Origin: Octopus sinensis
Lineage: Eukaryota
Length of the DNA: 64,000 nucleotides
Direction: 5' to 3'
Assembly: GCF_006345805.1 (NCBI RefSeq)
Contig: NC_043005.1
Span: 62,496,001-62,560,000, forward strand
Positions 50,441 to 62,722 of this stretch are shown piece by piece. Both the position numbers and the translations under genes were made by a program. How positions within the stretch are numbered: the stretch's first letter is position 1; each line of letters opens with the position of its first letter. The notes beneath the pieces were generated by a model. That model saw only the letters and a program-made list of their open reading frames with translations. It was not told the origin of the DNA and ran no database searches.

Positions 50441-52180
50441 AAAATAAATAACAAAAGCATATATTAATGTATCCCAACCATATCTAAATAGATCAAATCA
50501 GAAATGAAAAAAAAAAATTTAGGAAGTATTAAATTTGCAAATATCAATAAAAAAATAAAGAAATTAAAGATAATACATATCACATGGAGTCAGCCAATAA
50601 ATATTAAATGTATAGTTTTTTATATGTTACTTTGATCTTTAATAATCTAGCTGTCATTTAACTGTGTATCAGTGATATATTATTTCATTCATTCCTTGAT
50701 CTTAGATCCAATACTAATCTATATAATTAAAAACAAATATAACAGCATCCACTCTTCCTTTCCATGAAAGCTTACATTAAGTAACTGAATATTTATAATG
50801 ATTTATGAGAAAGTTACAATTATCAAAGTTTCTAATGATTTTTTTTATGTTAACACAACTGTTGATATGTTCATAATATTGGTTACTATTGTCAGCACAA
50901 AGCCACAAATATACTTTTTGTGAGGTGTTGTCAGTTGAATTACCCATAGTACTTCACTTGTACCTATTATATTGAACCTGGAAGAAAATACACTTAAAAA
51001 CAAGTGTTGTGATTTTATTTTAATAATTGTTCTTATAGGATTGGCTAATTTAATTCAGGAATTCTGTAAATAATTCTATTTGTTAATAGATACTAAAAAA
51101 CAGTTATTTAATTGATCAATTAATATTAAACATTGAATAAACCTATTGTAGGATGTTTGATAAGACATCAAATGCATCAACAAGAATCCAGGGGAATACA
51201 AGCTGTTCATAGTAGACACAACAAAAATATAAATTAAATAAATTAAACTATAGTAATTTCTTTTTAAAATCCTCTTCTGATATACAATATGAATAGATCA
51301 CAAACACAGTCTTCTTCAGAAATACCTTTCAACTATATGTCTATGCACATACAAATATTTAGAGGCATTAATAATACAGCAAAAATGCTTACGTAAAACA
51401 CTAACAAATATACACTAACATTGCTATGATACTGATTGTTACAATGAGCAGAACTTCTACACTGAATTTTTCAACAATCTTAACTCAATCCAAAAAACAA
51501 ATCCACTATGCTAATCTCTGATATAAAGTATTATGATTTTTATTATATCATATGATCTTCAAGTAATATGCTGAATTAAACTAGGTGCTAACTCCAACTG
51601 ACAACACTTGTTCTTAAGTGTATGTTCAAAATGTACTTTGATTTTTTAAATTCTGAAATGCTGCTATTAATTCAAATCCTGTAAAAATGTATATATTATA
51701 TTATGTTACACTCAATTTAGTGTGATTTTATGATTGCAACACACAGAAGTACTGAAATGTTGTTTATTGCCAATTATTCATGACCAAACTTAGAATTCCG
51801 CAAAATATTTTGATTTTTGTGAAGTCAAATTACAAATTGGTTCTAAATAATTGTCATCATGTAAATACATATTTATTTATTAATTTGTTGTTATAAGTCT
51901 TCAGACACTTGCCCAAAGTGCCAAGCAGTGTGACTGAGTTTTGTGTTGTGCTCTGTATGTGTGTGTTGTGTAAGTAAAACAAGAATAACTTTTCTTTCAA
52001 ATATGTTATATCAAAGCACAACTGCTTTCAAGTTTGGTCTATTTAATTAAGGATTTTTCATATCGACTTATCAGTTAGGTTTAGAACAGTAACATTCCAA
52101 AATCCCAAGACTTTCACAATCTCATTTTTAAAGTGACTGTAATGTCATACAATCTGTTATAAGTCACAAAGAGTGACTTA

Positions 52181-52227
<47 letters not shown>

Positions 52228-53704
52228 CATATGTATGTATGTATGTATATATTCATTCATATACATACATACATATATATCTTAGGTAAGTACTGGCATT
52301 TATAAATCATATGAGTTTATACTTTTGATTTAGTTACCACTCAAAATTTCACATTTATAATCCTTAGGTAACTATGTATAGATAAGACCCTTTATATGTA
52401 TGAGATAAAACATAAGAATGCTCAAGTGTGTGCTTTTGTGAATAAGTACATAAGATGTTTAGGCATGAATTCATAATGTAATGCATAGGATAAGCTTCAC
52501 CTCTATCTCTGCTCTCACAGCAAAATTGATGCCTGAAGAATTTTTTCCACTCTATTCAGGATCAGAGAAGTAATAATGAAATGTGGATTGGATTATGGTA
52601 TCTGAACAACCAAAAACTCAATTAAATTAATGCATACATAAGAATAAAGCAGTGTGTGGTAATACCACAGGTCATCTGGGAGACTGATATAAATATTAAT
52701 ACTACCTTTTTCACCAAAACAAATATAATTCCCTGTACACATATACCTATCTATATATATATAATTTTTAGCCTACATTTAGTGAGACAATATTTTAAAA
52801 CTTTTAAAAGCCTCTACAACGAATAGCTGATAATGAAGTAATCACCTGATGTATTTTTTGTCAATGCTTATTCTCCAAGCATCATAAATACTGATCTATG
52901 ACTTGTCATAAGGATGCAGGATATAAATAGATATACAGTTGATAGCAAAATTGAAAAAAAAAAGGTTGGCTAATAAATCTCAAAGTTAGGTGGTGACTCA
53001 AATAGAGATGTTTGAATATTGATTTATACAAAAGATGTTGATGAATCAAGAAAAACCATTGTAAAAGTAGAAAGAAAATACCAGTGAAATTGTACCATAG
53101 ACAACTGAAGTGGAAGTCTTGTCAAAATTTACAGGAAATGAATGTACATTTTTGAAATTTTAAAGAGAAACAATGAAATAGAGAGAAAGAAAAATATTGC
53201 ATGAATAGATATGATCTAATATAATATAATATAATATATAATATAAAATAATATAATATCATATATATATATATATTCACATATATTTACTTTTATCAAT
53301 TTGTGTTGCAAGATTCTTGATGTGAAATTGTGTGTTAAAACAGACATTTTTGTATTTTAGGATGGTCATTTTCTTTTTTTTTTTAGCCTAATAAGCATAT
53401 GCACTATATATTTGTTCCTCACTCATTTATTACTGTTCTTTTTTTATTTTAATTTATGTCCATTGTCAGGAAATTTTTCATCACATATCTGTGACCTCTT
53501 CAGTGACACTTTTTGTTTTCATGTGTGCTCTTGCTCCCCTTACTTCATTCTGGAGTAAGTAGATGAAAGATTTCTGGACAATGGACATGAGTTACAATTA
53601 AAAAAAAAGAACAGTTATAAACAAGTGAAAAACAAATATATAGTGCATGTGTTTATTAGGCCCCAAAAAACTGACCATCCCAAAACACAGCAATACATAC
53701 ATAC

Positions 53705-53750
<46 letters not shown>

Positions 53751-53782
53751 AGTATAATATATATATGTACGAGTGTGTTCAT

Positions 53783-53821
<39 letters not shown>

Positions 53822-54150
53822 TTCTTAGTAAGACATCCTGTTTGTTTGATACTTAAGATAAAATATATATAATTAATCAGAAACAACCACTTGGAAAGAT
53901 ACAGTGTGATGCTTGTATATGTAAGCTATGAAGCAAAAACAACAATAAATGTCAAAAGAAAGTGAGCAGGTAAAAAAATGAAGAAATATGAGAGAGAGAG
54001 AGAGAGAGAAACTGTGAACGATTAGATATGTAATTTTATTTTGTTAAACCTTTCCAGGTTGGTGTATTGTAATGATATAACATAATCTACCTATTATTAC
54101 TGGTCTACACTGCATTAACAAGATGCTAAAGATGATGATTAATGAGTTAC

Positions 54151-54227
54151 AAAGCTGGTCGCTGTGTCATCAATGAGGTGTCTCATCCAAAATGCATGTG
54201 GATGCAATCCTAAGTTTAAATATGCAG
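54151..54227 (-). CDS. Candidate internal exon (phase 1-0), AYLNLGLHPHAFWMRHLIDDTATSF; product unknown
   Basis: Strong acceptor cttttatcttgtttatttaatctag, donor TTT|gtaact, protein-like open frame, locally higher GC with a CpG. Confidence 0.4.
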
Positions 54228-54335
54228 CTAGATTAAATAAACAAGATAAAAGGCTTTTACATACTGGATTATTTTAACATACAGAACTGTTCAGTTATCA
54301 CTGTATATAAAATTATATATAAAGCACGTGCATGT

Positions 54336-54368
<33 letters not shown>

Positions 54369-54649
54369 CATAAAAATATATGTTTAGCTGTACGAGTGTG
54401 CATGTACATGTAGGCTTCCACCACCAAGAAAAAAACAAAACAACCTTGTCCAGGCCAGCACTTAGGGTTACAGATACATGGCCACCCCTGACTAAAGGTG
54501 GCCTCAGGTATAGTTATATGTATATAATTATGGGTGAGGTAAACACCTGAAGAGAGCTTTTCTGCATACTACTGAATTGAAATACTGCAGAGTCTTACAT
54601 ATGTGTCTATAGATATATAATTATAATATGACTATATTCTCTCTCTCTA

Positions 54650-54900
54650 TTCATCATCATTGTCATCATTATCATCATCATCATCATCATGATCACCACC
54701 ACCACAAATTAATGTTCATTTTCCATAGTGGCATGGGTTGGATAGTTTGACAGGAGCTGGCAAGTCAGGTGACTGCACCAAATTCTATCTGCTTTGGCAT
54801 GGTTTCTACAGCTGGATGCCCTTCCAAATACCAACCACTTTACAGAATGTAGCAGGTACTTTTTTCTGTGGCACCAGCATCACCAGGGGTCGCCAAATAA
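54650..54900 (-). mobile_element. SINE family C with (CAT)n tail
   Basis: GCATGGGTTGGATAGTTTGAC...GGCATGGTTTCTACAGCTGGATGCCCTTCC is the reverse complement of family C. Confidence 0.85.
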
Positions 54901-55243
54901 CTTACAAGACAAAGCTGCTCAACTGAAGGGGAAGAAAGAAAAAAGTTGAGAAAGTCACCTATAGGAATTGAACCACACATCTGCCATATTTGCTCCAATG
55001 ATCATGAAAATTGATCCATAGATGTGATATGATTTGCATTGGTGAATTTATCTTTTTTTTTTGGTAAAAGATTTTTTCCCGATATATTTTATGAGCTACA
55101 TGTGTCTGCATTTGCAACTGAGCAAGTTTATAGAAAGACATTATATTCCATTATCACCATCCTCAACTTTAACATTTTAACCTCTAGTTTTCATGGGGCA
55201 GTATTTCCTATGGTCAGATACTGTTCTTGGTGCTAATTCTTAC

Positions 55244-55421
55244 CTGTTTCCAAGCAAGTTAATAATTTCCCTGGTCTATTGAACATCAAATGACTCAGAC
55301 ACGTTTTCATGGAGGACAGCAAACAACTAACCCTATTTGTATGAGCAGTAATACTTTTGGTAACAGTCAGTGCACATATGTCAAGACATATCAACGGGCC
55401 TGGACATGCTTTCATGGTGGA
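55244..55421 (-). CDS. Candidate internal exon (phase 0-1), STMKACPGPLICLDICALTVTKSITAHTNRVSCLLSSMKTCLSHLMFNRPGKLLTCLET
   Basis: Consensus donor CAG|gtaaga, acceptor gtcatttgcttgtag, one open frame, phase-compatible with 54151-54227. It overlaps a 105-nt internal duplication, and a competing + strand reading exists. Confidence 0.3.
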
Positions 55422-55619
55422 CTACAAGCAAATGACACTGTTTATATCAATGGTGAGACAATCACCACACACATCTGAACATAAGGGGAATATGGACTCA
55501 ATCTCTCTCTCTCGCTCTCTCTCTTTATCCCCCTCTCTCTCTTTATCTTCCCTTTCTCTCTCAGTCTGCCTCTGTCTCACTTTCTTTCCCTCTTTCTCTC
55601 TCTCCTACACACACACACA

Positions 55620-55780
55620 CATACATGCAATGGGTTTCTGCCAGTTTCTGTTTTGCATAATTCAATCATGGGGTATTTGTCAAACCACAACTATAGTAGA
55701 GGATTCCTGCTGACAAAATCCATGTAGTAGAATCAAACCTCTAACCTCATGGTTTTGAAGTAAAGTTATTAACTACACAA
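55620..55780 (-). mobile_element. SINE family B head, diverged
   Basis: GGGTTTCTGCCAGTTTCTG...CTATAGTAGAGGA...GAATCAAACC. Confidence 0.65.
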
Positions 55781-55835
55781 CTTGTATCTATGAAATATGA
55801 CAGACTTAATCTGTCACCCAGTTTAAAACCATAAC

Positions 55836-55928
55836 CTGGCTTCTTGAGGCTTTTGACAAGTGCCAATCAGTGGCAGGTATTTTGAAAATACTTTTCCTCA
55901 CACATGACCATAGTCCATCTTTCTTTTC
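55836..55928 (-). CDS. Candidate internal exon (phase 0-0), EKKDGLWSCVRKSIFKIPATDWHLSKASRSQ
   Basis: 93 nt, acceptor ttttaaatgtccatgcag, weaker donor CAG|gttatg; only frame 0 is open. Confidence 0.25.
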
Positions 55929-56362
55929 CTGCATGGACATTTAAAAGAATGGATGTGCTTTTTTCTCTCTCTTTTTTTCAAAAACAAAAATATTTCTCCC
56001 AGCATTCACTATTTTCCTCTTGTTTTGGTCTAATGACCCTCCATGTTTGTTTTCATTCAGTTTCCTTGTATATTTCCACTATCATTTTTTTGTTCCCAAC
56101 TTTGACCCTCCATAAATCCTAAATTTTACTTTAGAATTTATGGGAACAATTGTCTTTGAAGACTTATATTGTTATTGACTGCTTGAAATGAGGACTAGAC
56201 ATACAGCCAACAACTGATGAAGGGTCCTTTCTCTGTGTTTACTTGTCTTGTTTTCCATTCTTTTCTTGTTGTTTATGTATATTTCACTTGTTTTTCCCTC
56301 GTTTGTTTATGTATTTCATGTTATTTACACCATTGGTGACATCCTGTACCTATATATGCATG

Positions 56363-56422
<60 letters not shown>

Positions 56423-56679
56423 GTATATATAAATATATATATATAACATATATTATTCATATATATATATATAAGATTAAAATGAAACGTGATTGTTTTT
56501 ATTCATGATTATATATATATATATATATCATTATCATTAAAATTATTATTTTGCAATACTATTCAATAATTATAAATGCTATTCATTATCAATGTCATCT
56601 GTCATACTGTGCTGCAATCATCTTCCTCTCCCTCTCTCTCTCACTGTATGTGTGTATATGTATATGTGTGTGTATAAGG

Positions 56680-57060
56680 GTTGGTTGTGCAGTGAGTTAA
56701 AAGTCAGCCTAACATCCACATGGATTTGAGTTCAATAAGACTAAGACTTTGCATGAGACTGGTTAAATGCCTTCTACTATACCAATACACGGAGACTAGA
56801 ATCTGATAAATTGAAATGGCAAAGAAGCTTGTCATATATCTGCATTATCTATATCTACATATGTTTCTATGTTTATAATTAAGATATGAAAGCAAAATAG
56901 CTGATTTTATATCCTGTAAGATAGTGATTTGCTAAATAGAGAATGATGAAATACATAGTTTACTGAAATAGCCACTGGGGTTAATAAGATCAATCAAAAC
57001 CACTACCTGAAGTCTATGCTCCTGCATAGATGAAGTTTGAAGACAGAAAACAGTAAATGA
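56680..57060 (+). mobile_element. SINE family B, diverged
   Basis: Head GGTTGTGCAGTGAGTTAAAAG...GAGTTCAATA...GCCTTCTACTATA and tail ATGCTCCTGCATAG...GACAGAAAACAGTAAATGAATAAAAGAA. Confidence 0.6.
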
Positions 57061-57706
57061 ATAAAAGAACATGTATTCATGCCTGCTTGTGTGTGTATAT
57101 ACATATATATACACACATATATTTACATGTATACACATATAACATAAATACACTCTACTCTGCTATATGCATTGTGTACTTTCTTCTTGTTCATTTACCC
57201 AAAGATACACGCTTACACACACACACACACTATATATATATACCAAGAAAAGAGAGTGAGAAAGAGAGAGAGAGAGAGAGAGAACAAAAACAGATTCAGA
57301 TACTAAATAGAGAGGTGGCATAGGAGAAGAAAATATTAGATGGTCTGTGATAATTTTGAAAGAAATAAAAATATATCTTATCTAATACCATCTATATACT
57401 ACTATCTACTTAATCTCTATGATTCTGATAGTTACATAGGATATCTGAATGTAACATGTTGTATATTATCACATTCGGTTATGATACATGGATCAGTGGG
57501 AATTATAGGATATATTTGGCAATACAGTGCCATAAAATGTTTCAATTTGGGCAATAATTTCACACTTAAATATTCTTATCAACATCGAACATGTGATGTA
57601 AGTTAACAGAGATGAAGAGTGAGACAACTATATGATGAAGAAGAGAAAAAGTTTTTACAGAGCATCTTTGCGCAGTGAAATTTGCCATCCTGACACGTGT
57701 TCATAC

Positions 57707-57799
57707 CTCTCTGTAGTATTTCTCCACAAAAGCTCTACATGTCAATTCCTTTGCTTGATATTTTTCCATGAAGGCAAGAGGAAATACTACATGGTAAAC
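57707..57799 (-). CDS. Best candidate coding exon (phase 0-0), VYHVVFPLAFMEKYQAKELTCRAFVEKYYRE; product unknown
   Basis: Long T-rich acceptor ttttttttcattattgtttattttaaag, donor GAG|gtatga, 93 nt, only frame 0 open, amphipathic protein-like composition. Confidence 0.5.
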
Positions 57800-60649
57800 C
57801 TTTAAAATAAACAATAATGAAAAAAAATAACAAACAAATATGAACACAGTAAATTTAATATAGCATCATCAAAATATGTTTGTGGAGAAAAAAAAGAATG
57901 CTATTGTGACCAAGGACTTTGATTAACAGAGATATAACCCAAGTGTTTGTGCTGGAATATGTCTAATAATGAAATATCAGTGAGTGGGATACTGACTGTT
58001 TGACACAGATAGTGGATGTATCAAAAGAAAAGAATTATCCAAAAACAAATTAGAGAGAGAGAGAGAGAGTAAAGGAGTGAGGATAGAAAAAGAAAAAATG
58101 TGATAAAGAAGCAGCGTGTCATCATTAAGGTCTCAATGAGAAAGACTGTGAAATATTAGTAAAGTGTAAAAAAAAGATAGGAAAAGCATGAGAATGTAAG
58201 GATAGACAATGTAAGGTGTATGTGTGTGTGAGAGAGAGAAAGTGAGAGTATGTGAGTGAGAGAGGCTATGAGAGAGAGAAAGACAGAGGTCATGAGAGAG
58301 AGAGAGAGAAGGAGAGAGTAAACACCAATAGCCATGTTCAAATCAATAAACTCTGACATGCAGGGAAATTACAGCAAACTCATGCATTAACTGAGATAAG
58401 TAGAGTTGAATGTGAATCTATGCAAGTTTGACTGTAGTAGTTCTCTCTTGATGCAGTTATCAACATAACAACAACATGCAACAAGCTTTCCTGTAAATGC
58501 TAACTGCTGTCTGCCTGACTGAACATTTATTTAGTTCATTCCTTGCCATTTCAGGCACCCTCATCCAATATTTCTACTACCTTATCTTGTTGTAATCTTT
58601 GTTATAGCATCCATAACATGTTAGAAGCACATGTTTGTTTGATTTAGGTTTCCCTATGTAACGTGGCAGTGTGGATTTATGTGATTGTAACATGAAACCT
58701 ACTGTCAATAAACTAATACATGAAAAGAAAACTTTAATTTTAGAATAAGACATTTGTGCATTGGAGTGGCTTCATAAAAAAAAAAAAGCATGACCGTTTA
58801 AGACAGGACAGTTTTATTTCTCCTATTCATAAGCATGAAAGTGTTCTAAAAATTTCTTTAATGAACAGACAATTGTTTTCATTATAATGAATGTTTTCTC
58901 TTGAGAGCAAATATAGTGGTAAATTTAAAATGCACTGAATCTACAGTTCAATTTCATTTGAACCGTTTTACTTTGCTTATCTTTTTACAACACTAATTTT
59001 CAACTATAACTGAACACCTGTGTGTACCCTGAAGTTTAACTTTCTTCAATGATAAGGAACTGGCTACCAGTTAAGTGTTTTGGATTTTGTGTCACAAGCT
59101 GATCTGCTCTATGTCAGAATGGAAGAGAGGATTATAACCTCTAGTCATATTTCAGTCGCACTGAAAATAGGGTAACTGTAGTCAGTATTTAAATTGTTTT
59201 GGAATAACCCAATAACTGGTTCAAAATTATGAAAATAAAAATAGATTGTTTACATCCTTTTCTTCTGATTCTGCCATTTTTATGCTATGGTGACATCAAG
59301 ATTTGATAATTAAATCTTGTTCTTTGTTTTACACTGAAATGAGCAATCTTTGCCTAAGTTAAACAAGTCATTTAAAAGAAATCCAAATCTAGTGCTATTA
59401 TGATTTAAAGCAATTGAGCTTTTAGATATTTTTTTCTTTTAACTGGTGAGTAAATATGTGTTAGGAAATTTAACAGAAGAAATATAGTATAAATGTGACA
59501 ATATATTCAGTATTCTAGCTCTTTAAAATCAGACATATTGTCACATATTGAAACTTGGATTTGAAACGTATGTAATAGAATTTCTTGTCTTGTGATGCCA
59601 TATTGCTTCTGATTAGGTATGGTATTTGGCAAACTGCTCATGGGGAATTTATTTTAGATCTTCTATTGTCATTTCATTGTATTTCTCACTAGAATATTTT
59701 CCTCTACATTATTTCTGTTCAGGAATTCATAATGAATCAATCAAGAATGTTTACTGTACCAATCCTGTTCTGTTTTAGACTAGAGTTCACCACTCATTTC
59801 AGTTTGCCTAACTATTGGAAACAGACTAGGATTCTGAATTATTCTGTGTTAACCTCATCTAGCACATGGCATGCACCACCAGCTAGATAATTACAAGAGT
59901 CACTAAATATTAAAGTTTTACTTCACACAGATAGGTTTTGGTAATATGGCACAAGCACTTGATGTGTTAGAAAAGGCTGTCTATGTTAGTGGCATAGTAA
60001 TGGTAGTGACAAATGAGAGATTAGTTAATTGAATTACAAAGCTGTTAAATGAAGCAATACAATGTACATATTAAGGAGTGTACAATGTTAAGAAGTGGCA
60101 GAACAGAATAAATGAATAAAATAAACAATTTAAAAGAGCAATAGAAATTGAGCAAAATGTGGATAATATTTGCCATGAGAATATGCAAGGCAAAAGGTAA
60201 GTTAACAGCTGACATACAATGTCAAGGAGTGAAGAATATCGGAATTAGTAAGATCAAACAGGGAACTAAGAGTGAAAGAAAGAAAAACAAGTAAATTAGA
60301 GACAGAGATCATTGAAAACGAGTGGCAGAGAGGTGTCACAATACAAATAAATGTTAAAAATATTCATTATACTTTTATATGATTGTTTATTTTTTAAATT
60401 TTAGAACTTCAACCTCATTTCCTCTTTTCCAAAATAGAAATCCTGCCTACATTGCATGAAATATTTAGTTAGCTTATATGACTTGCAGCTATCTTCGATT
60501 CAAAAGATCTCAATCTATTTCCCCAGGTTTCAAATTATTCTTGTTGACAGGTCAATCAACGAGTTCCATTTTTTTCTATTTTCCCATTGCTGTTTCCTTC
60601 CTTTCTTTACACCACAGAAGCAGCTTCTTTCTTTATGAAAAGTTCTTGA

Positions 60650-60776
60650 TATATATACATACATACATATATATACATATATATATAATATATATATATA
60701 TGTGTGTGTGTATATATGTATGTATGTATATGTATGTATGTATATGTATGTATGTATGTATATGTATGTATGTATG

Positions 60777-60853
<77 letters not shown>

Positions 60854-60890
60854 TTTGTGTGCATATGTATGTACACACATATAAATATAT
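60650..60890. repeat. Compound (TA)n/(TATG)n/(TG)n microsatellite
   Basis: Directly visible; explains the ORFs at 60478-61050. Confidence 0.97.
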
Positions 60891-61055
60891 ATGAATTTAG
60901 ATACACATGTGTTGATATAATTGAAAAAGAGAAGTGTCTAATACTCATGCAATATATTGTAACTATACATACACACATACATACACATATACATACATAG
61001 ATATTACATATAAATTCAGCTACACCAAAAGATATATACATATAATGCACATATA

Positions 61056-61109
<54 letters not shown>

Positions 61110-61699
61110 TACATATATAAACATATATACATATTTGTATACATACATAAACATATACACACTTATGGAAACATATACACACTTATGGAAGCATACACAC
61201 ACATATATAAATGATTTTATTGTAATTATTTCCTTTTATTTATATTCAATGATACAATTGTTCATACAATATTCCTTCCATTTATTTTTCCTGTCAGCAA
61301 TACTTTACTTCATTAACTTACAACTACTGCTAAATGATCATTATGTGTAGGCTCATTCAAGGCCATATTGTTTTTGTTATACAGTATGCTTTTACTCAGA
61401 TAATCACATTTCTATTTTAAAATGATTTTGACAAGTAATACCTTAAATCCATCGGTAATAATTTTGTCAAGGATATCTTTTTGAAGAGAGTGACATTTTT
61501 CTGCTTTAATTAATCTTTTGGGATTAAACAATACAATATATAAACTTTCATTAATACAAACAAAGACAAATTTTTGTAGAAATTTCAACCTCTGTTCATT
61601 TAAAACTTAAGCTATCTTAAAACTTATTTCCAGAATTTTTAAAAAGATTGTTTTGGTAAAGCAATTAACCTGTAGGATGTATGAACAATATGTATATAT

Positions 61700-62015
61700 T
61701 CTTTTATTCTTTTACTTGTTTCAGTCATTTGATTGCAGCCATGCTAGAACAAATTTAATTGAACAAATTGACCCCAAGACTTATTCTTTATAAGCCTAGT
61801 ACTTATCCTGTTGTTCACTTTTGCTGAACCCCTAAGTTACAGGGATGTAAACACACCAACACTGGTTGTCAAGCAATGGTGGGAGACAAACAGAGACACA
61901 TACAAATATATATATACGATGGGCTTCTTTCAGTTTCCGGCTACCAAATCCATTCACAAGCCCCAAGGCTATAGTAGAAGACACATGCCCAAGGCACCAC
62001 GCAGTCAGACTGAAC
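61700..62015 (-). mobile_element. SINE family B, near full length
   Basis: TTCTTTTACTTGTTTCAGTCATTTGATTGCAGCCATGC...GCTATAGTAGAAGACACATGCCCAAGGCACCACGCAGT. Confidence 0.9.
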
Positions 62016-62339
62016 CACTCCTGTGACTATATATATATACATAACTTCTAATTATCAATTTCAAATTCGTTTTTTGCTCATCCCCATACAGCTTCATGTA
62101 ATTCAATTATCTTTATTATTTTATGTTCTTTGTCTTCATCAAGAAACATATTTGCTCATGCACATACCAAAATCTGTTTGACCCCTAATATGCATCTAGT
62201 TATATTATCATTATTTGTCTTTTCCCTTTCTATTTGTCTTTTTTTTCGTACCTCTTACAGATATAATGAAGTGCAGATATTTTACAATTTTTCTATCCAA
62301 CTCATACCAGTATAAAACAATATCTACTCACTTAATGTA

Positions 62340-62523
62340 TTCTTTTATTCTTTTACACGTTTCAGTCATTTGACTGCTGCCATGCTGGAGCACTTCCTGA
62401 GTCAAACAAATTGACCCTAGGACTTATTATTTGATCTCTTTTGCTGAACCACTAAGTTTCAGGGGACATAAACACACCAACATCAGTTTTCAAGTCATGG
62501 TGGAGGGACAAACTCAGACACAA

Positions 62524-62569
<46 letters not shown>

Positions 62570-62722
62570 GAAAGGCTTCTTTCAGTTTCCAACTACCAAA
62601 TCCACTCACAAGGCTCTGGTTAGCTCGAGGATATAGTAGAAGACACTCGCTCAAGGTGCCACGCAGTGAGACTGAACATAGAACCATGTGGCTGGAAAGC
62701 AAGCTTCTTACCACACCGCCAT
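62340..62722 (-). mobile_element. SINE family B, full length
   Basis: Tail through head ...CAAGGTGCCACGCAGTGAGACTGAACATAGAACCATGTGGCTGGAAAGCAAGCTTCTTACCACACCGCC. Confidence 0.92.

Noticed and set aside
57661-57793. + strand exon (tttttacag...ATG|gtaaac) encoding ASLRSEICHPDTC...
   Set aside because: It is antisense to the better-supported minus-strand exon and the peptide is less protein-like. Not formally excluded.
57655-57794. Possible H/ACA snoRNA on the + strand (two stems, ACAAAA, terminal ACA)
   Set aside because: The first hairpin is asymmetric and the H box is about 10 nt from the stem. The minus-strand exon reading has better splice signals and a cleaner peptide.
61151-61190. Exact 20-bp tandem duplication (also 19 bp near 7781 and about 31 bp near 22749)
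   Set aside because: Ordinary slippage duplications.
61442-61580. Minus-strand frame ...KCHSLQKDILDKIITDGFK|gtatta as an upstream exon
   Set aside because: The acceptor is weak, the apparent ATG (MSLSS) is out of frame and stops quickly, and the DNA is low-complexity AT.
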